A stretch of DNA of 30,301 bases, taken from assembly GCA_040289575.1 (NCBI GenBank), contig PSLL01000002.1, positions 71,741-102,041 of the forward strand. Reading direction: 5' to 3'. A program made the position numbers and the translations under genes. The stretch is from Candidatus Dadabacteria bacterium (GTDB lineage Bacteria; Desulfobacterota_D; UBA1144; Nemesobacterales; CSP1-2). Shown here one piece after another: positions 26,902 through 30,301 of the stretch; the stretch's first letter is position 1; each line of letters starts with the position of its first letter. The notes below the pieces were generated by a model. It was not told where the DNA came from and made no database searches. It saw only the letters and a program-made list of their open reading frames with translations.

Positions 26902-27900
26902 TTACCCCCCCGGCGCAAGTTCCATAATTGTTTCCTTTACTATATCGCGCGGGGCCTTAGGCGGAAATATAAGAATCGGCAAATCCGCGCCTGAGTATCT
27001 AAATTCTTCGAGCTTTTTTCTTCCTTCTGCAGCCCTTCCAACAATTGCGACTGAATCTATCATAGAATCGCTTACAGATTGAATTGCCTGGGCTTTGCTC
27101 CCCTTTTTCCACGCTTCCACAATGCGATCCGCCTCATCTTTAAACCCGTACCTGCTTATCACATTATGGTAGAACGTTCCCATTCCCCCGATATAGTAGG
27201 CTATATGTTCTTGAACAACCCTTTTTGATAAATCAGCATCACTGGAAATACAGGCGGGGATATAAGGACAAACCCTAATCCAACCTAAATCCCTTCCCGC
27301 AGCCCATGCTCCGGCCGCGAGTTCCTTTTTGGCGTCTTGAATGTAACCCTTTGGAATCAAAAATGGGATCCACCCATCTGCTAATTCCCCAGTAAGACGG
27401 ATGTTCTTCGGCCCAATCGAAGCAATGTATATCGGGATGTCTTTTCTCGGGGTAAACTGGAGGCGGAAATTTTTGAGTTTAAATATCTCTCCTGTATAAT
27501 CCACTCTACTCCCATTAAGTATCATTCTTATGATTTCAATGTATTCCCTTGTTCGCCGAAGCGGTTTTTCAAACTTTATCCCGTGCCAGTCTTCAATCAC
27601 AATAGGCCCGCTTGTGCCCAGTCCAAGAACCATACGTCCCCCTGAGATTTCATCGAGGGTTGCAACGGTCTGAGCGATTATTGCGGGGGTTCGGCTAAAC
27701 ACAGAGACAATTCCCGTACCGAGATTGATTCTCTTGGTATGAATGGCAATGAATGCAAGAAGAGAAAAAGCATCCCTCCCCCACATCTCTGGAACCCAGA
27801 TGGAATGAAATCCGAGTTCTTCTGCGAGCCTTGCCACCTCAATGAGTTCAGATTTACTAATATCGCTCCAGTATGGAATTACAAGGCCGATTTTAGACAT
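26902..27900 (-). CDS. LLM-class oxidoreductase (F420-dependent Mer-like subgroup)
   Basis: WVPEMWGRDAF, RINLGTGI..SRTPA, LGLGTSGP, IPIYIASIGPKNIRLTGELADGW. Start placed at 27900 because of the GAGGAG RBS (the track gives 27927). Confidence 0.9.
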   Translation of the reverse strand: MSKIGLVIPYWSDISKSELIEVARLAEELGFHSIWVPEMWGRDAFSLLAFIAIHTKRINLGTGIVSVFSRTPAIIAQTVATLDEISGGRMVLGLGTSGPIVIEDWHGIKFEKPLRRTREYIEIIRMILNGSRVDYTGEIFKLKNFRLQFTPRKDIPIYIASIGPKNIRLTGELADGWIPFLIPKGYIQDAKKELAAGAWAAGRDLGWIRVCPYIPACISSDADLSKRVVQEHIAYYIGGMGTFYHNVISRYGFKDEADRIVEAWKKGSKAQAIQSVSDSMIDSVAIVGRAAEGRKKLEEFRYSGADLPILIFPPKAPRDIVKETIMELAPGG

Positions 27901-28071
27901 GCATTTCTCCTCTATAAAATCGTACATAATATCACAGTTAATAAGAGGAAAAGAGGTCTCTTAGGAATTGCTTTGATACGCTATTTGGATAGCAACCCTT
28001 TTTAAAATTCTATCATCTAAATTATATTAGAGCAATCACAGTATTTGAAACTCGGGGGTAGATTCCTAGAC

Positions 28072-30063
28072 ATGACCATTGAGTTCGGACGTGAAATCTG
28101 TGGTGAACTGAGTCTAGCCGAGAGTCGGGAGTGGCTTGTAACCAACGGAATCGGCGGTTACGCATCGGGCACCGTAGCCGGACTGATGACGCGCCGCTAT
28201 CACGGATTGCTTGTCGCAGCCCTCAATCCGCCTCTGGGTCGGACCCTGCTCCTTGCCAAGGTTGATGAAACCGCCATATACGGCGAAAATCCATATCCCC
28301 TCCATACAAACCGATGGGCAGACGGAACAGTAGACCCCCATGGGTACAGGCACATTGAGGGTTTCGGCCTTGAAGGAACAACGCCTGTATGGAGATTTGC
28401 ATGTGCGGATGCGATTCTTGAAAGGCGGGTGTGGATGAAGCTCGGCGCCAATACAACTTATATTCACTACACACTACGCCGTGCAACAATGCCCATTAAA
28501 TTGATTATTAAAGCGCTCGTCAACTATTGCGATTATCACAGTACAACGCACGGTAGAGAATGGTGGATGAAAATTGACCCCGTCCAAAACGGCTTCTGCG
28601 TGACGGCCTTCTCGGGCGCCCTCCCCCTCTACCTTTTAACAGATAGGGCCGAGGCCATTTCTGCGCATGATTGGTATTTCGGGTTTGACCTGGCTCAAGA
28701 AAGATATAGAGGACTGAATGATCGTACAGACCATCTGCATGCGGCTACATTCAGAATTACCATCAACCCCGGAGAATCACTCACATTTGCCGCAAGTATC
28801 GAAGCACACCCAGATTTAGATGGTGAAGCGGAACTGGAACTCCGACGTGCTCACGAGCAAAAATTAATTGAAACCTGGAAGGCCCGAAGACCAAAATGTA
28901 TGAATGAAACCCCGGAATGGATAAATCACCTTGTCCTTGCCGCTGATCAGTTTATTGTGAGCCGTCCACTGTCCGATGAGCCTTATGGCAAGAGCATAAT
29001 CGCGGGCTACCATTGGTTTTCAGATTGGGGGCGCGATACAATGATTAGCCTGCCGGGTCTTACAATCTCTACAGGCCGACCAGAGGTAGCACGCTTTATA
29101 CTCCGCACATACGCCCGATACGTAGATCAGGGGATGTTGCCCAACCGATTTCCGGACGCCGGAGAGTCGCCCAAATACAATACGGTGGATGCAACGCTCT
29201 GGTATTTTGAAGCAATCCGCATATACCATGACGCAACGGGGGACGATGATCTGGTAAGAGAACTATTTCCAATACTTGCGGAAATCATTGACTGGCACTA
29301 TCGGGGAACAAGATACAACATTCACGTAGACCCAAATGATGGACTGCTCTATGCCGGAGAAAAACGGGTACAGCTCACATGGATGGACGCTAAAATCGGC
29401 GATTGGGTGACCACACCACGCATCGGTAAACCGGTGGAGGTAAATGCCCTTTGGTACAATACCATTAGAACAATGGTGAACTTCGCCCGGCTGATAGGAA
29501 AGCCATATAAGAAATACGATATGATGGCTGAGATTACTCTCTCAGGATTTAGGCGGTTCTGGAATGATAAATCGGGATATTGCTACGACGTTATAGACGG
29601 GCCGGATGGGGACGATCCAACACTTAGACCAAACCAGATATTTGCCGTGTCCTTGCCCCAGAGTCCGATTACACCAGATCAGCAGAGGGGCGTAGTGAAC
29701 GCCTGCGCACGGTCTCTTCTTACATCATATGGCCTTCGCGGCCTTGCCCCCGATCATCCACAGTACAAGGGCCATTACGGCGGGGATCAGTTTCATAGGG
29801 ACAGCACATACCATCAGGGAACGGTATGGGGATGGCTGATCGGCCCATTTGTCCTTGCATATCTGCGCGTATACAACGACCCCTTGCAGGCACGCGAGAT
29901 CCTAAAGCCCATGTCAAATCAGATGGTTGCGCGCGGAGTCGGAACACTAAGCGAAATCTATGACGGCGATGCCCCTGTGACGCCCAGAGGTTGCATCGCT
30001 CAGGCGTGGACTGTGTCTGAGGTCATTCGCGCATGGCATGCGACGGAGAAATGGGGCGTTTGA
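28072..30063 (+). CDS. Glycogen debranching enzyme / amylo-alpha-1,6-glucosidase
   Basis: REWLVTNGIGGYASGT, TRRYHGLL, IIAGYHWFSDWGRDTMISLPG, YNTVDATLW, QLTWMDAK, LRPNQ, YHQGTVWGWL, GCIAQAW. ATG 28072 preferred over TTG 28045. Confidence 0.93.
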   Translation: MTIEFGREICGELSLAESREWLVTNGIGGYASGTVAGLMTRRYHGLLVAALNPPLGRTLLLAKVDETAIYGENPYPLHTNRWADGTVDPHGYRHIEGFGLEGTTPVWRFACADAILERRVWMKLGANTTYIHYTLRRATMPIKLIIKALVNYCDYHSTTHGREWWMKIDPVQNGFCVTAFSGALPLYLLTDRAEAISAHDWYFGFDLAQERYRGLNDRTDHLHAATFRITINPGESLTFAASIEAHPDLDGEAELELRRAHEQKLIETWKARRPKCMNETPEWINHLVLAADQFIVSRPLSDEPYGKSIIAGYHWFSDWGRDTMISLPGLTISTGRPEVARFILRTYARYVDQGMLPNRFPDAGESPKYNTVDATLWYFEAIRIYHDATGDDDLVRELFPILAEIIDWHYRGTRYNIHVDPNDGLLYAGEKRVQLTWMDAKIGDWVTTPRIGKPVEVNALWYNTIRTMVNFARLIGKPYKKYDMMAEITLSGFRRFWNDKSGYCYDVIDGPDGDDPTLRPNQIFAVSLPQSPITPDQQRGVVNACARSLLTSYGLRGLAPDHPQYKGHYGGDQFHRDSTYHQGTVWGWLIGPFVLAYLRVYNDPLQAREILKPMSNQMVARGVGTLSEIYDGDAPVTPRGCIAQAWTVSEVIRAWHATEKWGV

Positions 30064-30301
30064 TAATAAGTCGCTTAGCCTCAATCGCTGTGCGCCGATT
30101 TGTTCTATTTGCACCGTGAATGTATCTTCCCGAATCTGCACCGCCGAATCCGATGTCTAATTTCTCCGTTATGACACCCTTCCAATGCCCATCAATGGTC
30201 GCTATCCCGCGTATTATTTGGATTTATGATTTCCGGATTTTTATGTCAATCTCGCTGAGTTGGCGCTGCAAAAAGTTTCTGTTGTAACCACTTCATACCT
30301 T

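Noticed and set aside
2022..29947. Numerous antisense or overlapping ORFs in the track (e.g. 2022..2519, 3851..4090, 5754..6152, 7469..7936, 10690..11004, 18280..18831, 26195..26647)
   Set aside because: They are shadows of well-supported genes or pseudogenes and have no recognisable motifs.
30064..30301. Possible minus-strand gene end at the window edge
   Set aside because: Only short open frames with no recognisable motif; cannot be supported.

Overview
Bacterial chromosomal window; the host cannot be assigned with confidence from sequence alone. From left to right: the end of gltD; two small orphan ORFs with a structured intergenic segment between them; a sigma54 activator divergent from a cysP-sat-cysH sulfate-assimilation operon with a clear -24/-12 promoter; methyltransferase, kinase and LLM oxidoreductase genes; a 4-Cys PD-(D/E)XK nuclease followed by a decayed SNF2-type helicase; and a 1420-aa malate synthase-isocitrate lyase (ICL2-type) fusion. 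Next come a REP-like palindrome interrupted by an IS110 remnant, whose left end holds a readable bridge RNA with guides matching that repeat, and a second truncated IS. An ~8.4-kb signalling locus follows: a 16-blade YVTN beta-propeller, a lipoprotein TPR-CHAT protease, a zinc anti-sigma, an atypical ECF sigma and an RpoD-like sigma, linked by an exact 14-bp motif (AACTTTTCGTCTAA) found three times upstream of its genes. The window ends with a second LLM oxidoreductase and a glycogen debranching enzyme. The best candidates for new biology are the CHAT protease/anti-sigma/sigma cascade, the REP-targeting bridge RNA and the glyoxylate-shunt fusion. All family calls come from motif recognition; no database searches were run.
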